Shown here: positions 7,802 through 17,261 of the stretch, piece after piece
Layout of the letters: each line of letters starts with the position of its first letter
How positions within the stretch are numbered: position 1 is the first letter of the stretch
From: an uncultured Chloroflexia bacterium
GTDB taxonomy: Bacteria; Chloroflexota; Limnocylindria; Limnocylindrales; CSP1-4
Length of the DNA stretch: 64,000 nt
Assembly (NCBI GenBank): GCA_963746405.1
Contig: CAVVAV010000003.1
Coordinates: 338,811 to 402,810 of the forward strand
Direction of reading: 5' to 3'
Notes under the pieces: model-generated
What the model saw: the letters and a program-made list of their open reading frames with translations, nothing else
Databases searched by the model: none
Told to the model about the DNA's origin: nothing
Translations under genes and position numbers: made by a program

Positions 7802-9442
7802 TCAGTCTGCGGGTGCCGCTTCCGTGCTGACGCCCGCGGGGCGCGGCTCCAAAAGGAAGGCCGGCTTGCGCTCGACCAGTTCGTCGACGTCCAGGTCGTC
7901 CGCTTCGAGGACCCGCAGCGTGAACCCGAATTCCGACCCGCCCTCGGGCCGCCGGGTCGCCCACATCCGGCCGCCCATCGCTTCGACGAGGCTGCGGCAG
8001 ACGAAGAGCCCGATCCCCGAGCCTGCAACCGACCGCGCGCTGTCGGGGTCGCGATAGAACAGGTCGAACACCCGTCGCAGCGACTCATCGGGGATGCCCG
8101 GCCCGTCGTCGCTGACCCGGACCTCGACCACCTGATCGTGCCGCTTGGCCTCAACGACAACGTGCGTCCCGACCGGGGTGTACTTCGCGGCATTGCCCAG
8201 GAGGTTGCGGACGATCTGTTCGACGTACGTGCCCTCCCCGGCCACGACGGGCAGGTCCGGGGCGAGCCTCGTTTCGATCTGGATGGATGGGAGCTCGGGG
8301 CTCTCGTGGGCCACGATCCGTTCGAGCAATCGGCGCGGCTGGAGGGGTTCGGCGTCGATGACGAGCCGTCCGCGCTCCGCGCGGCTGAGCACGAGGAGGT
8401 CCTCGACAAGGCGATGCAGCCGCTCGGACTCGGCCCGCACGTCCTCGAGCAGGGCGACCCGCGAGGCGGAGTCGTCGACGCGGCCGGGCCGGGACAGGAT
8501 CTGCGTCAGGCCGAGGATCGTGGTGATCGGCGTCCGCAGCTCATGGCTGATCACGTCGATGAAGGCCTCCCGAAACTCACCGGCCCGGCGCTCCTCGACG
8601 AGCAACGCATCGCGCTGGTCCTCGACACGACGGCGCTCCGTGATGTCCTGGCCCGTGCCCAGCATCGTCACAGGCCTGCCGCTCTCGTCGCGCAGGAGTC
8701 GTCCGGCGCCGTGGGTCCAGTGGATGGATCCATCGGGCCACACGACGCGGTAGTCGAGCGCGAATGGCGCAAGACCGTCGAGGGCCGCGCCGATGCCGGT
8801 GCGGAAGGTCTCCCGATCATCGGGGTGGATCATGTCCAGGTAGGCCTCGAACGCGGGCGCCTCCGGCGCAGGTTCCAGGCCGTGCTGGCGGAAGATCGCG
8901 TCGGACCAGTTGAGGCTGCCGTCGGCGACGTCCCACTCCCAGAAGCCGGTCCCCGACGCCGCGAGCATGATCTCGAGACGCGCATCGCGCGCCTCGACGT
9001 CCTCGGCGAGCGCGGCGACCTCATCGAGCGCGTCGACGAGCCGGTCGCGCGCCGCTCGCCGCGAGCCCACCAGGATGACCGTGGCCGAGGCGGCCACGAC
9101 ATAGACGATCTGGCGCACGAGCTCGAGCCGTGGCGCAACGCTCGCGTCGCCACCCAGGAAGAGGATCCCGTTGACGATCACGGTGCTGACGATGGCGGTC
9201 ATCCCGCCGATCACGCCTGCGAACCACGCGGCGAGCACCGCCGCGGCCATCAACACGATGTAGCCGATGTCGCCGCCGGCGAACTGGTTGAGGCCGGCCT
9301 TGCCCGCGACCGCCGCTCCGCCGATGAGCAACCCTGCGACGACGGCGTAGCCTCCGCCCAGCCGCACGTCGCGTGCGCGGGCGATCTCGCCCTTGGCCCG
9401 CCCAGCTGCTTGTGCCGCGGCTCCCGCCGTGTCCTGCGCCAA
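7802..9442 (-). CDS. membrane PAS sensor histidine kinase
   Basis: N-terminal TMs, PAS (GTGFWEW...IHPDDR), H-box SHELRTP, NLLGNAAKY, DDGPG and GSGIGL. Confidence 0.92.
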   Translation of the reverse strand: MAQDTAGAAAQAAGRAKGEIARARDVRLGGGYAVVAGLLIGGAAVAGKAGLNQFAGGDIGYIVLMAAAVLAAWFAGVIGGMTAIVSTVIVNGILFLGGDASVAPRLELVRQIVYVVAASATVILVGSRRAARDRLVDALDEVAALAEDVEARDARLEIMLAASGTGFWEWDVADGSLNWSDAIFRQHGLEPAPEAPAFEAYLDMIHPDDRETFRTGIGAALDGLAPFALDYRVVWPDGSIHWTHGAGRLLRDESGRPVTMLGTGQDITERRRVEDQRDALLVEERRAGEFREAFIDVISHELRTPITTILGLTQILSRPGRVDDSASRVALLEDVRAESERLHRLVEDLLVLSRAERGRLVIDAEPLQPRRLLERIVAHESPELPSIQIETRLAPDLPVVAGEGTYVEQIVRNLLGNAAKYTPVGTHVVVEAKRHDQVVEVRVSDDGPGIPDESLRRVFDLFYRDPDSARSVAGSGIGLFVCRSLVEAMGGRMWATRRPEGGSEFGFTLRVLEADDLDVDELVERKPAFLLEPRPAGVSTEAAPAD

Positions 9443-9622
9443 ACGCGTCTCCCCTGGTCCGATGTCCCGGCGTCGGAAGTATGAACCACGCCTGCCGTGG
9501 CAGCCCCCGGACGACGGCGGCGGCTGTCACCCGCCCGTAACGGGCGGATGCCCTGGGTGGCGACCACGCGGGATGACGGTCCGCGCACGATCGGGGCCCC
9601 AACCCCAGGAGGCGAGCACCGA

Positions 9623-9931
9623 ATGAGTTTCTCCGACGATCCACGACGCGCAGCCATGCCGCGACCGAAGGATCGGGTCCCGACCACGGAAACCGTGGGC
9701 GACCCTGACGCCGACGACCCGGAAGCGGCCGGTCATGAAGGCGCGGCCGCAGGCGCCGTGCTCGGAGCCGTGGTCGGCGGGCCGATCGGGGCCGTCGCCG
9801 GTGCCGCGATCGGTGGCGCGGCCGGGGGGGTCGGGGAGAAGGTCGACGCTCCGGCAGAGGAACGACGTCTCGACGACCCGCGCTCGACCAGCCACCAACC
9901 AGCGGCACAGACCCAGGAGGACGAGCCATGA
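9623..9931 (+). CDS. small glycine-zipper protein
   Basis: GGAGG SD. GAAAGAVLGAVVGGPIGAVAGAAIGGAAG segment. Stop overlaps the next ATG (ATGA). Confidence 0.75.
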   Translation: MSFSDDPRRAAMPRPKDRVPTTETVGDPDADDPEAAGHEGAAAGAVLGAVVGGPIGAVAGAAIGGAAGGVGEKVDAPAEERRLDDPRSTSHQPAAQTQEDEP

Positions 9932-10230
9932 CGGGACAGCGCGCCAACAACGATCTGCAACAGGAAAGCCGGGGGACGCCCGCACCGACGGACGACGGGC
10001 AACGGACCGATCATCCGGACACCGAGCGCCACGACCCGGGCGCCTATGTTGGTCGCGAGCCCGAACGGCAGGCCGCGACGATCCCGGGCGGAGTCCGTCC
10101 GGACGACGAACGCATCGCCGCCCACAGCACGCAGTCCGGGCAGACGGTAGGCGATGACATGCCGGACGGTCACCGCGAGGGCCCGCAGGCCGATGACGAC
10201 CAGGTCCGTGAGGCGGGTCAGTCCCGCTGA
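9928..10230 (+). CDS. 100-aa hydrophilic, probably disordered protein
   Basis: AGGAGG SD, coupled to the upstream gene, D/E/R/Q-rich. Confidence 0.7.
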   Translation: MTGQRANNDLQQESRGTPAPTDDGQRTDHPDTERHDPGAYVGREPERQAATIPGGVRPDDERIAAHSTQSGQTVGDDMPDGHREGPQADDDQVREAGQSR

Positions 10231-10369
10231 TAGCCGCCTGATAGACGGCGCGACCGCGGCTTGACGTCGCGCCTCACTGACGGCACCTACCGTCTTGGCA
10301 CGACGTCACCCGACGTCCCGTCGCCGGCGATCTGCCGGTCCAGTCGAGATACACACAAGGAGGCCCCCA

Positions 10370-10804
10370 GTGGACCACGACACGACGACGACCCCGCACG
10401 ACCATCCACATGATGACGACCTGCTTAACGAGGGCCGTGGCACGGCCCCCGAGAACAAGGAAGGCGGCACCGAGGCCATGGGCGCCGGGGCCGGTGCCCT
10501 TGGCGGCGCGGCCGTCGGCATGGCCGTCGGAGGACCTCCGGGAGCTGTCGTCGGTGGCGCGATCGGCGCCGTCGGTGGCGCGATCGCCGGTGAGGCGGCC
10601 GAAGGCGACGACGAGGCCGGTGCGGGCACCGGAGCCCTGGGTGGCGGCGCTGCCGGCGCCCTGGTCGGTGGCGCGATCGCCGGGCCTCCCGGCGCGGTCG
10701 TCGGTGGTGCGGTCGGCGCGGCCGGCGGTGCCGGAGCCGGCGATCAGGCCGAGGAAGAGGTCGAGGAAACAGACCCGGCCCGCCCGTCGGAACGCCCTTA
10801 CTGA
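10370..10804 (+). CDS. acidic protein with two glycine-zipper segments
   Basis: AAGGAGG SD before GTG 10370. Two GALGGAAxG...GPPGAVVGGA repeats. Confidence 0.78.
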   Translation: MDHDTTTTPHDHPHDDDLLNEGRGTAPENKEGGTEAMGAGAGALGGAAVGMAVGGPPGAVVGGAIGAVGGAIAGEAAEGDDEAGAGTGALGGGAAGALVGGAIAGPPGAVVGGAVGAAGGAGAGDQAEEEVEETDPARPSERPY

Positions 10805-10904
10805 CCCGCTCCGCAACCCGGCATTAGTCCGGGAGTGAGACACTGGCCGCGAGAATCGCTTCGGCGGGCTCGCGGCCGCTCTTTGCTCCGAGGTATCCGG
10901 TCCC

Positions 10905-12056
10905 ATGAATCGCCCCCTCCGCATCGCCCAGGTCGCGCCTCCGTTCGAGCGCGTGCCACCGCGGGCGTATGGCGGCACCGAACGGATCGTGCACGGCCTG
11001 GTGACCGAGCTCGACCGACGAGGCCACGAGGTGACGACCTTCGCCAGCGCCGATTCGGTCGTCCCCGGCCGCCACATCGCAACGGTTCCCGAGGCGCTCC
11101 GTCCGATCGGCTACGCCGGCGACTCGCTGCCGTACATGCAGCTGACGCTGCACATGGTCCTCGCCCACGCAACCGAATTCGACCTGATCCACGCCCACAT
11201 GGAATGGGTGAGCCTGTTGCTCGCTCGAGTCAGTCCGGTCCCGGTCGTGACGACGTTCCACGGCCGCCTCGACCTGCCGTGGGCCGACGCCTTGCTGCAC
11301 GAGCCGCCCCCAGGACTCGTGGCCATCAGCCAGAACCAGGCCGACACGCACCCCGACGTCCCGTGGGCCGCCGTTGTCCACAACGGCCTGCGACTGACCG
11401 AAGCGCCGTTCGGCGCGCGTCGCAGTGATGCGCTGTGCTTCGTCGGGCGGGTGGCCCCCGAGAAGGGCATCGTCGAGGCGATCGAGATCGCGCAGGCCGC
11501 CGATCGACCGCTGCGGATCGCAGCGAAGGCCGGCCCGACCACCGTGGAACGCGAGTACTTCGAGAATGTCTTCCGCCCGGCGCTCAAGGCCGCCGGCTCC
11601 TCGGTCGAGTTCCTCGGCGAGCTCGACCAGCCCGATCGCGACCAGCTCTTCGCGCAGAGCTACGCGTCGCTGATGCCGGGCTCGTGGCCGGAGCCGTTCG
11701 GCCTCGTCCTGATCGAGTCGCTGGCCTGCGGCACGCCGGTCATCGCCAAGCGGATCGGCGCCCTGCCCGAGATCCTGCGCGACGGCATCGACGGGTTCTT
11801 CGGGGACGACGTGACCGCGATGGCCTTCAAGGTCGACCGGGTCGACGAGCTCGATCGTCGGGCGATCCGCGAGTCCGTCATCGACCGCTTCTCGGTCGAG
11901 CGCATGACCGACCGCTACGAAGCGGTCTACCGCGCACGTCTGGAAGAGGCGCGCGGCGACTCGGGGGCGGTGCCGCACGAGGACGACGAGGCGACCGAGC
12001 CCGAGCTGTTGGCGGCGCACCGCTCCGACCGGATGGGGGCGCTCTCGGGGCGTTGA
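10905..12056 (+). CDS. glycosyltransferase family 4
   Basis: IAQVAPPFERVPPRAYGGTER, GRVAPEKG and EPFGLVLIESLACGTPV motifs. Confidence 0.93.
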   Translation: MNRPLRIAQVAPPFERVPPRAYGGTERIVHGLVTELDRRGHEVTTFASADSVVPGRHIATVPEALRPIGYAGDSLPYMQLTLHMVLAHATEFDLIHAHMEWVSLLLARVSPVPVVTTFHGRLDLPWADALLHEPPPGLVAISQNQADTHPDVPWAAVVHNGLRLTEAPFGARRSDALCFVGRVAPEKGIVEAIEIAQAADRPLRIAAKAGPTTVEREYFENVFRPALKAAGSSVEFLGELDQPDRDQLFAQSYASLMPGSWPEPFGLVLIESLACGTPVIAKRIGALPEILRDGIDGFFGDDVTAMAFKVDRVDELDRRAIRESVIDRFSVERMTDRYEAVYRARLEEARGDSGAVPHEDDEATEPELLAAHRSDRMGALSGR

Positions 12057-12185
12057 GCCGCCGACCCGGTTCGTGACTGCCACGTGTCTGCGACACCCGA
12101 GCGTCACCTGCCTGCGCGTCGCTGACACGCGCCGCGTCACGCTGCGGTCCCGCCCTCATGCGGGAACCCAACGGAGGACCGCGTC

Positions 12186-12362
12186 ATGCCGCAGAAGGCC
12201 TGGACCGACAAGCGCGAGCGCCAGTACGAGCACATCAAGGACTCCTACCAGGAGCGCGGTGTCAGCACCGACGAGGCCGAGGAGCGTGCGGCCCGGACCG
12301 TGAACAAGGAGCGGGCGGAGGCCGGCGAGACGAAGGCGCAGCGGAAGGACCGCTCCCGGTGA
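12186..12362 (+). CDS. 58-aa conserved small protein (KRERQYEHIK type), absent from the ORF track
   Basis: GGAGG SD. MPQKAWTDKRERQYEHIKDSYQERGVSTDEAEERAARTVNKERAEAGETKAQRKDRSR. Stop overlaps the next GTG. Confidence 0.85.
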   Translation: MPQKAWTDKRERQYEHIKDSYQERGVSTDEAEERAARTVNKERAEAGETKAQRKDRSR

Positions 12363-13333
12363 CGGCGATCGGCTACGCGCTCTCGAGCGAGGAGCACGGC
12401 CCGCGCGACCTCGTGGCGAACGCCCGAGCCGCCGAGGATGCCGGCTTCTCGTTCGCGCTCATCTCGGACCATTTCCACCCCTGGATCGAGCGGCACCCGC
12501 ACAGCTCGTTCGTGTGGGGCGTGCTCGGAGCCATCGCCCAGGCCACCGAGAAGCTCGTCGTCGGGACCGGCGTGACGTGCCCGACGTTCCGGACGCATCC
12601 AGCGATCATCGCCCACGCCGCGGCGACGGCGGCCGACCTGATGCCGGGTCGCTTCTTCCTGGGCCTCGGGACGGGGGAGAACCTCAACGAGCACATCCTG
12701 GGTCAGGCCTGGCCCGAGTGGGAGGTCCGCGCCGAGATGCTGGAGGAAGCGGTCGAGATCATCCGCGACCTGTGGCGGGGCAAGGTGACCAGTCATCGCG
12801 GTCGGCACTACACGGTGCAGAACGCGAAGCTCTACACGCTGCCCAAGGAGCTACCGCGCATCCATCTCGCGGCCGGCGGCGAGCGCATGGCCGAGGTCGC
12901 CGGCCGGATCGGCGATGGGCTCATCGCCACCGGACCGGACAAGCAGCTGCTGCAGGTTTTCGAGAAAGCCGGCGGCGATGGTCCGCGGTTCGGCCAGGTG
13001 ACACTATGCTGGGCGGCCTCGGAGCGCGAGGCGCGCAAGACGGCCCATGAATGGTGGCCGACAGCAGCGCTGCATGGCGAGGTGTCCCAGGAGCTGCCGA
13101 ACCCGGCCCAGTTCACCGATCTCGTGCAGAGCGTCACCGAGGATCAGGTGGCCGAGGCGATCACCTGCGGACCCGACCCGGACGCCCACCTCGAGAAGAT
13201 CCAGGCGTACATCGACGCCGGGTTCGACCACGTGTACCTGCACCAGGTCGGCCCGGACCAAACAGGCTTCTTCGAGTTCGCTCGCGAGGAGTTGCTGCCA
13301 CGACTGGGGACCCGGACACCGGTCGCGGTCTAG
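12359..13333 (+). CDS. LLM-class F420-dependent oxidoreductase (G6PDH-like family)
   Basis: IGYALSSEE, SDHFHPW, GTGVTCP and GLGTGENLNEH motifs. Confidence 0.9.
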   Translation: MTAIGYALSSEEHGPRDLVANARAAEDAGFSFALISDHFHPWIERHPHSSFVWGVLGAIAQATEKLVVGTGVTCPTFRTHPAIIAHAAATAADLMPGRFFLGLGTGENLNEHILGQAWPEWEVRAEMLEEAVEIIRDLWRGKVTSHRGRHYTVQNAKLYTLPKELPRIHLAAGGERMAEVAGRIGDGLIATGPDKQLLQVFEKAGGDGPRFGQVTLCWAASEREARKTAHEWWPTAALHGEVSQELPNPAQFTDLVQSVTEDQVAEAITCGPDPDAHLEKIQAYIDAGFDHVYLHQVGPDQTGFFEFAREELLPRLGTRTPVAV

Positions 13334-13375
13334 TCCAGACTGGCCGCGGCCCGCGTCGAAACGGCCGAGGGCGAC

Positions 13376-13555
13376 CTAGCGCTGCTCGGCCGGGTCCTCG
13401 ATGTCGGCGGCGTCCGGTGCGTCGGCGCCCTCCTTGAGCCACGGGTTCGACTCCCCGGGCGGATCGGTCGCCTTGTCGCGCTCCGCCGACGAGTCGGTGT
13501 CGCGCTCGGTTTCGTCGGTGTCCTCACCGGGGACGGGTCGGGTTTCGTCGGTCAC
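13376..13555 (-). CDS. 59-aa acidic small protein
   Basis: GAAAGGAG SD before GTG 13555. MTDETRPVPGEDTDETERD...NPWLKEG... Confidence 0.65.
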   Translation of the reverse strand: MTDETRPVPGEDTDETERDTDSSAERDKATDPPGESNPWLKEGADAPDAADIEDPAEQR

Positions 13556-13590
13556 GGGGTCTCCTTTCGATCCACGAGGGGTTTGCCGGG

Positions 13591-14784
13591 TCAGGCGCGG
13601 GTCATCCCGCGCCGCAGCAGGAACCAGGCCAGCACGAGCGTGACCAGCGCGATGGCGCCAAGTGCAAGGAACTCCCACACCTGATTGGTGCCGCCGCGCA
13701 GCATGAAGTCCTGGAGGAGCCGGATCCCGTGGGTCACCGGCAGGGTGTAGGCGAGCGCACGTACGGGCTCGCTGAACTCGCTGATCGGGAGCACGAATCC
13801 GCTGAAGAAGACGGACGCAAGCAGGACGAGTAGCGAGAGCTGAACGGCCTGCCGCTCCGAATCGGAGACGACCGCGATCAGAAGACCCAGCCCGATCGAC
13901 GCCACGAGGAGCAGCGCGATCGCCAGGGCCACGAACCCGACCTGTCCGATCAGGGGAACCCCCAGGCCCAGCACCAGCAGCGCCACGGTCAGGGCCGCGA
14001 TGGCACCGCCGATCAGCCCATATGCGAGGAGCTTTCCGACGAGCACTTCCGAAGTACTCACGGGCGCGATCCGGAACAGCTCGATGACGCCGCTCGTGCG
14101 CTCGCGCACGAGCGACATCGCCACGAGTGTGACCGCGAGGTGCTGGAGGATCAGTGCCAGCACCGCCGGCGCGAAGTAGGAGATCACGTGTGGCGTCGAT
14201 GCGGCCACGTTGCGGATCTCCGCGCGGGTGGGGGCGGCAACGACGTCTGGTGGGATCGCCTGGGCCTCCGTCTGGCCCGCGGCGACCGCGTAGCCCTGGC
14301 CCTCCGCCGCCACGCGCTCGATGACTTCGCAATTCACCGCGGACGCGAGGCCGGCGGCAAGGAACCCTGCGTAGTTCTCGGCGACCGGATCGACCACGTC
14401 GACCAGGACCTCGATGATCGATTGCTCGCCCGCCCGGAAGCTCGCGTCAGGGTCCTCGGGAGCGACGATGATGACGTCGGCCGTGCCGGCGCGGAGACGT
14501 GCCTCCGCTGCCGTGCGGTCCGTCGTCACCTCGCTGACGTGCAGGCCGCCTCCGGCGAGCTCCTGGTACGTGGCGACATCGGACGGCAGGCCGCTGCTGG
14601 GCGGCGCGACGATGACGGTCTCGAGCGGCCGCTTGAAGCCGCTGTACCCGAGGCCGAAGACGGCCATGATCAGGAACGGGCCCAGGACGAGACTAAGGAT
14701 CGCACCGGGCCGGCGCAGCGTCTCGATGACCTCCTTCCCGACGAACGCCATCAGGCGGATGAGCACGGCGAGCATCGGCCGCAT
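13591..14784 (-). CDS. ABC-2 type exporter permease
   Basis: N-terminal TM, extracytoplasmic loop, VRERTSGVIELFRIAP, five C-terminal TMs, FSGFVLP. TGATG coupling to the ATPase. Confidence 0.9.
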   Translation of the reverse strand: MRPMLAVLIRLMAFVGKEVIETLRRPGAILSLVLGPFLIMAVFGLGYSGFKRPLETVIVAPPSSGLPSDVATYQELAGGGLHVSEVTTDRTAAEARLRAGTADVIIVAPEDPDASFRAGEQSIIEVLVDVVDPVAENYAGFLAAGLASAVNCEVIERVAAEGQGYAVAAGQTEAQAIPPDVVAAPTRAEIRNVAASTPHVISYFAPAVLALILQHLAVTLVAMSLVRERTSGVIELFRIAPVSTSEVLVGKLLAYGLIGGAIAALTVALLVLGLGVPLIGQVGFVALAIALLLVASIGLGLLIAVVSDSERQAVQLSLLVLLASVFFSGFVLPISEFSEPVRALAYTLPVTHGIRLLQDFMLRGGTNQVWEFLALGAIALVTLVLAWFLLRRGMTRA

Positions 14785-15845
14785 CAGGCGCCCTCGTCGG
14801 ACAGATGATCACGAGCCATGCGGTCGCGCTGGACGAGGATCGCAAAGACCTCGTCGAACGACTGCCTGGCCTCCCGAGCCGAAGTCACGTCACCGCCACT
14901 CTGCGTGATCGACTCGACGACTTCCGGGATCGCCGTGGAGGCGTCGTCGACCGTGACCCGCAGGCCGTTCGGTCCGCGGCGCTCGACGCTCCGGACGACC
15001 GGCAGGGCAGAGAGGCTCGTGCTGTCGAATTGGTTGCTGACCTCGATCTCGACCGCATCTCCGCCCATCGCATCGCGACGCAGGTCGTCGGGAGGGGCCA
15101 GGGCGATCAGTCGGCCGTCCGAGATGAGCGCGACGGTGTCGCACTCCTCCGCCTCGTTGACGTATTGGGTCGTCACGAGCAGCGTCCGGCCGCCATCACG
15201 CAGGCGATGCAGTTCCTGCCAAACGCTAGCGCGCAGGAGCGGGTCGATCCCCGCAGTTGGTTCGTCGAGGAACATCAGGTCCGGATCGTGGACGAGGGCG
15301 GAGGCCAGCTCAAGGCGTCGCTGCATGCCACCCGATAGCCGGCCAGCACGCCGGCCGCGAACCTTCCACAGGTCCACGAGCTGCAGGACCTCCCGCGTTC
15401 GCCGGTATCGGGTCCGCCAGAGCATCCCGAAGAGGGAAGCGACAAAGTCGACGTTCTCGCGTGCCGAGAGGTCCGGGTACAGCGTGAACTGCTGGGGCAT
15501 GTAGCCGATCCGCTCACGGGTCTGCCGCAGGAAGCTGCGCGGATCCTCGCCAAGGACACGGACGCTGCCCTCGGTCGGTTCGAGCGCGCCGGTCAGCAGG
15601 CGGATCGTGGTCGTCTTGCCGGAACCGGACGGGCCGATGATGCCGAGGATCGTGCCCGTCCGAACCGTCAGCGAGATGCCGTCGACGGCCGTGTCGTCCC
15701 CGAAGCGTTTCGTGGCCCCATCGATGACGACGGCGGCATCGGCGGCCGGCGCAGGATCCGCGGTCGCCTGGGCCGCCGCCACATCCGCCGACGGCGCAGC
15801 CGCGCGGCCATCGGCCGGCGCTTGTGAGGGTGGTGCGTCCGTCAC
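14784..15845 (-). CDS. ABC exporter ATP-binding protein
   Basis: Walker A GPSGSGKTT, LSGGMQRR, FLDEPTAG. AAGGAG SD before GTG 15845. Confidence 0.92.
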   Translation of the reverse strand: MTDAPPSQAPADGRAAAPSADVAAAQATADPAPAADAAVVIDGATKRFGDDTAVDGISLTVRTGTILGIIGPSGSGKTTTIRLLTGALEPTEGSVRVLGEDPRSFLRQTRERIGYMPQQFTLYPDLSARENVDFVASLFGMLWRTRYRRTREVLQLVDLWKVRGRRAGRLSGGMQRRLELASALVHDPDLMFLDEPTAGIDPLLRASVWQELHRLRDGGRTLLVTTQYVNEAEECDTVALISDGRLIALAPPDDLRRDAMGGDAVEIEVSNQFDSTSLSALPVVRSVERRGPNGLRVTVDDASTAIPEVVESITQSGGDVTSAREARQSFDEVFAILVQRDRMARDHLSDEGA

Positions 15846-16046
15846 TGGGGGTCTCCTTGGGATCGTCGGCGCGGGCATCGCCGTCGGGGGTTGTTCCCAC
15901 CGCGGTTCCCCCACGGGCGCGGTGGGAATGAGCGAAGTATCGGGACCCGTGGGTATCGGCCTGCCGACGCGCGCCGACGGCGAAGTTTCATCGATATCAC
16001 GAACGTCCTTGCGACGCGGCTGAGAGACGGGACCGGCCTGGCTGTG

Positions 16047-17261
16047 ATGACGGGCGTCGGTCGGAGCCGCCATCGTGCGCTCGTGCCCGCTCGCCGACGC
16101 CCCGAACCGGACGCCGCTCCGACGGATCCACGCGCGGTCGCGCGCGAGGTCGGCCTGCGCTACGCGACGGACGCGCGGCCCGGGATCAGCCGGCGTCGCT
16201 CAGGCCGGGGTTTCAGCTACCGGGACCCCGATGGTGCGACGGTCCGCGACAAGGAGACGCTCGCGAGGATCCGCGCCCTCGCCATACCGCCCGCATGGAC
16301 GGATGTGTGGATCTGCCCGTGGCCGAGCGGCCACCTCCAGGCCAGTGGCCGGGACGCTCGTGGCCGCAAGCAGTACCGCTATCACGCCGACTGGCACGAA
16401 CGCCGCGGCACCGACAAGTTCGACCGCATGCTGGCATTCGCCGAGGCGCTGCCGCGGATCCGACGGCGCTGCGACGCGGATCTCGCGACGCGCGGCCTGT
16501 CGCGCGAGAAGGTCCTGGCGGCCGTGGTCCGGCTGCTGGAGCTGACACTGATCCGCGTGGGCAACGACGAGTACGCCCGATTGAACCGCTCGTTCGGGCT
16601 GACGACGCTCCGGGATCGGCACGCCAGCATCGAGGGCACCGCGGTCCGGTTCCGCTTCCGGGGCAAGTCGGGTCAGACCCACGAGGTCGGCCTTCGCGAC
16701 CGGCGCCTTGCAGGGGTCGTTCGGCGTTGCCAGGAGCTGCCAGGCCAGGACCTGTTCCAGTTCGTCGATGACGACGGCGAGGTCCGGGACGTGGTCTCCG
16801 ACGATGTCAACGCCTACCTCCGTGACGCCTCGGGGGGCGACTTCACCGCCAAGGACTTCAGGACCTGGGCCGGGACCGTCCTCGCCTACCGCGCCCTCCG
16901 AGCGCTCCAGCCCGGCGATGGTGAGCGCGCCGTGAAACGGAACGTCGTGGAGGCGATCCGTCGGACTGCCGATCGGCTCGGGAACACCCCGGCCGTCGCC
17001 CGCGGAAGCTATGTCCATCCCGCGATCCTCGACGCGTACCTGGACGGCGCGATCCGGGGAGCGCTGGTCGAGGTGGCGGAGGAACAGTCGACACCGCCGA
17101 CCGGTGCGACGCCGAGCGAGGAACAGGCGGTCCGGGCCTTGCTTCGCCAGCGTCTCGAGGAGGATGCCGCGCGATCGCGCAACGGCGGCGCGGCCGCTCG
17201 GTCACCCGGTCGCGACGGGTCACCCCGTCGCAAACGGGATCGTCAGGCCGCCGACTCGTAA
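16047..17261 (+). CDS. bacterial DNA topoisomerase IB
   Basis: GRDARGRKQYRYH, IRVGNDEY, FRGKSG, KDFRTW and LGNTPAVARGSY (catalytic Tyr). Start uncertain. Confidence 0.93.
   Translation: MTGVGRSRHRALVPARRRPEPDAAPTDPRAVAREVGLRYATDARPGISRRRSGRGFSYRDPDGATVRDKETLARIRALAIPPAWTDVWICPWPSGHLQASGRDARGRKQYRYHADWHERRGTDKFDRMLAFAEALPRIRRRCDADLATRGLSREKVLAAVVRLLELTLIRVGNDEYARLNRSFGLTTLRDRHASIEGTAVRFRFRGKSGQTHEVGLRDRRLAGVVRRCQELPGQDLFQFVDDDGEVRDVVSDDVNAYLRDASGGDFTAKDFRTWAGTVLAYRALRALQPGDGERAVKRNVVEAIRRTADRLGNTPAVARGSYVHPAILDAYLDGAIRGALVEVAEEQSTPPTGATPSEEQAVRALLRQRLEEDAARSRNGGAAARSPGRDGSPRRKRDRQAADS

Noticed and set aside
5830-8409. 859-aa antisense ORF, and similar long shadow ORFs (8138-9484, 17396-19051, 43461-45326, 50910-52685)
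   Set aside because: They mirror well-supported genes on the opposite strand, lack motifs, and are expected in high-GC DNA.
12186-12362. Toxin-antitoxin or plasmid interpretation of the 58-aa protein
   Set aside because: No toxin partner, rep or par genes are present, and the context is chromosomal.
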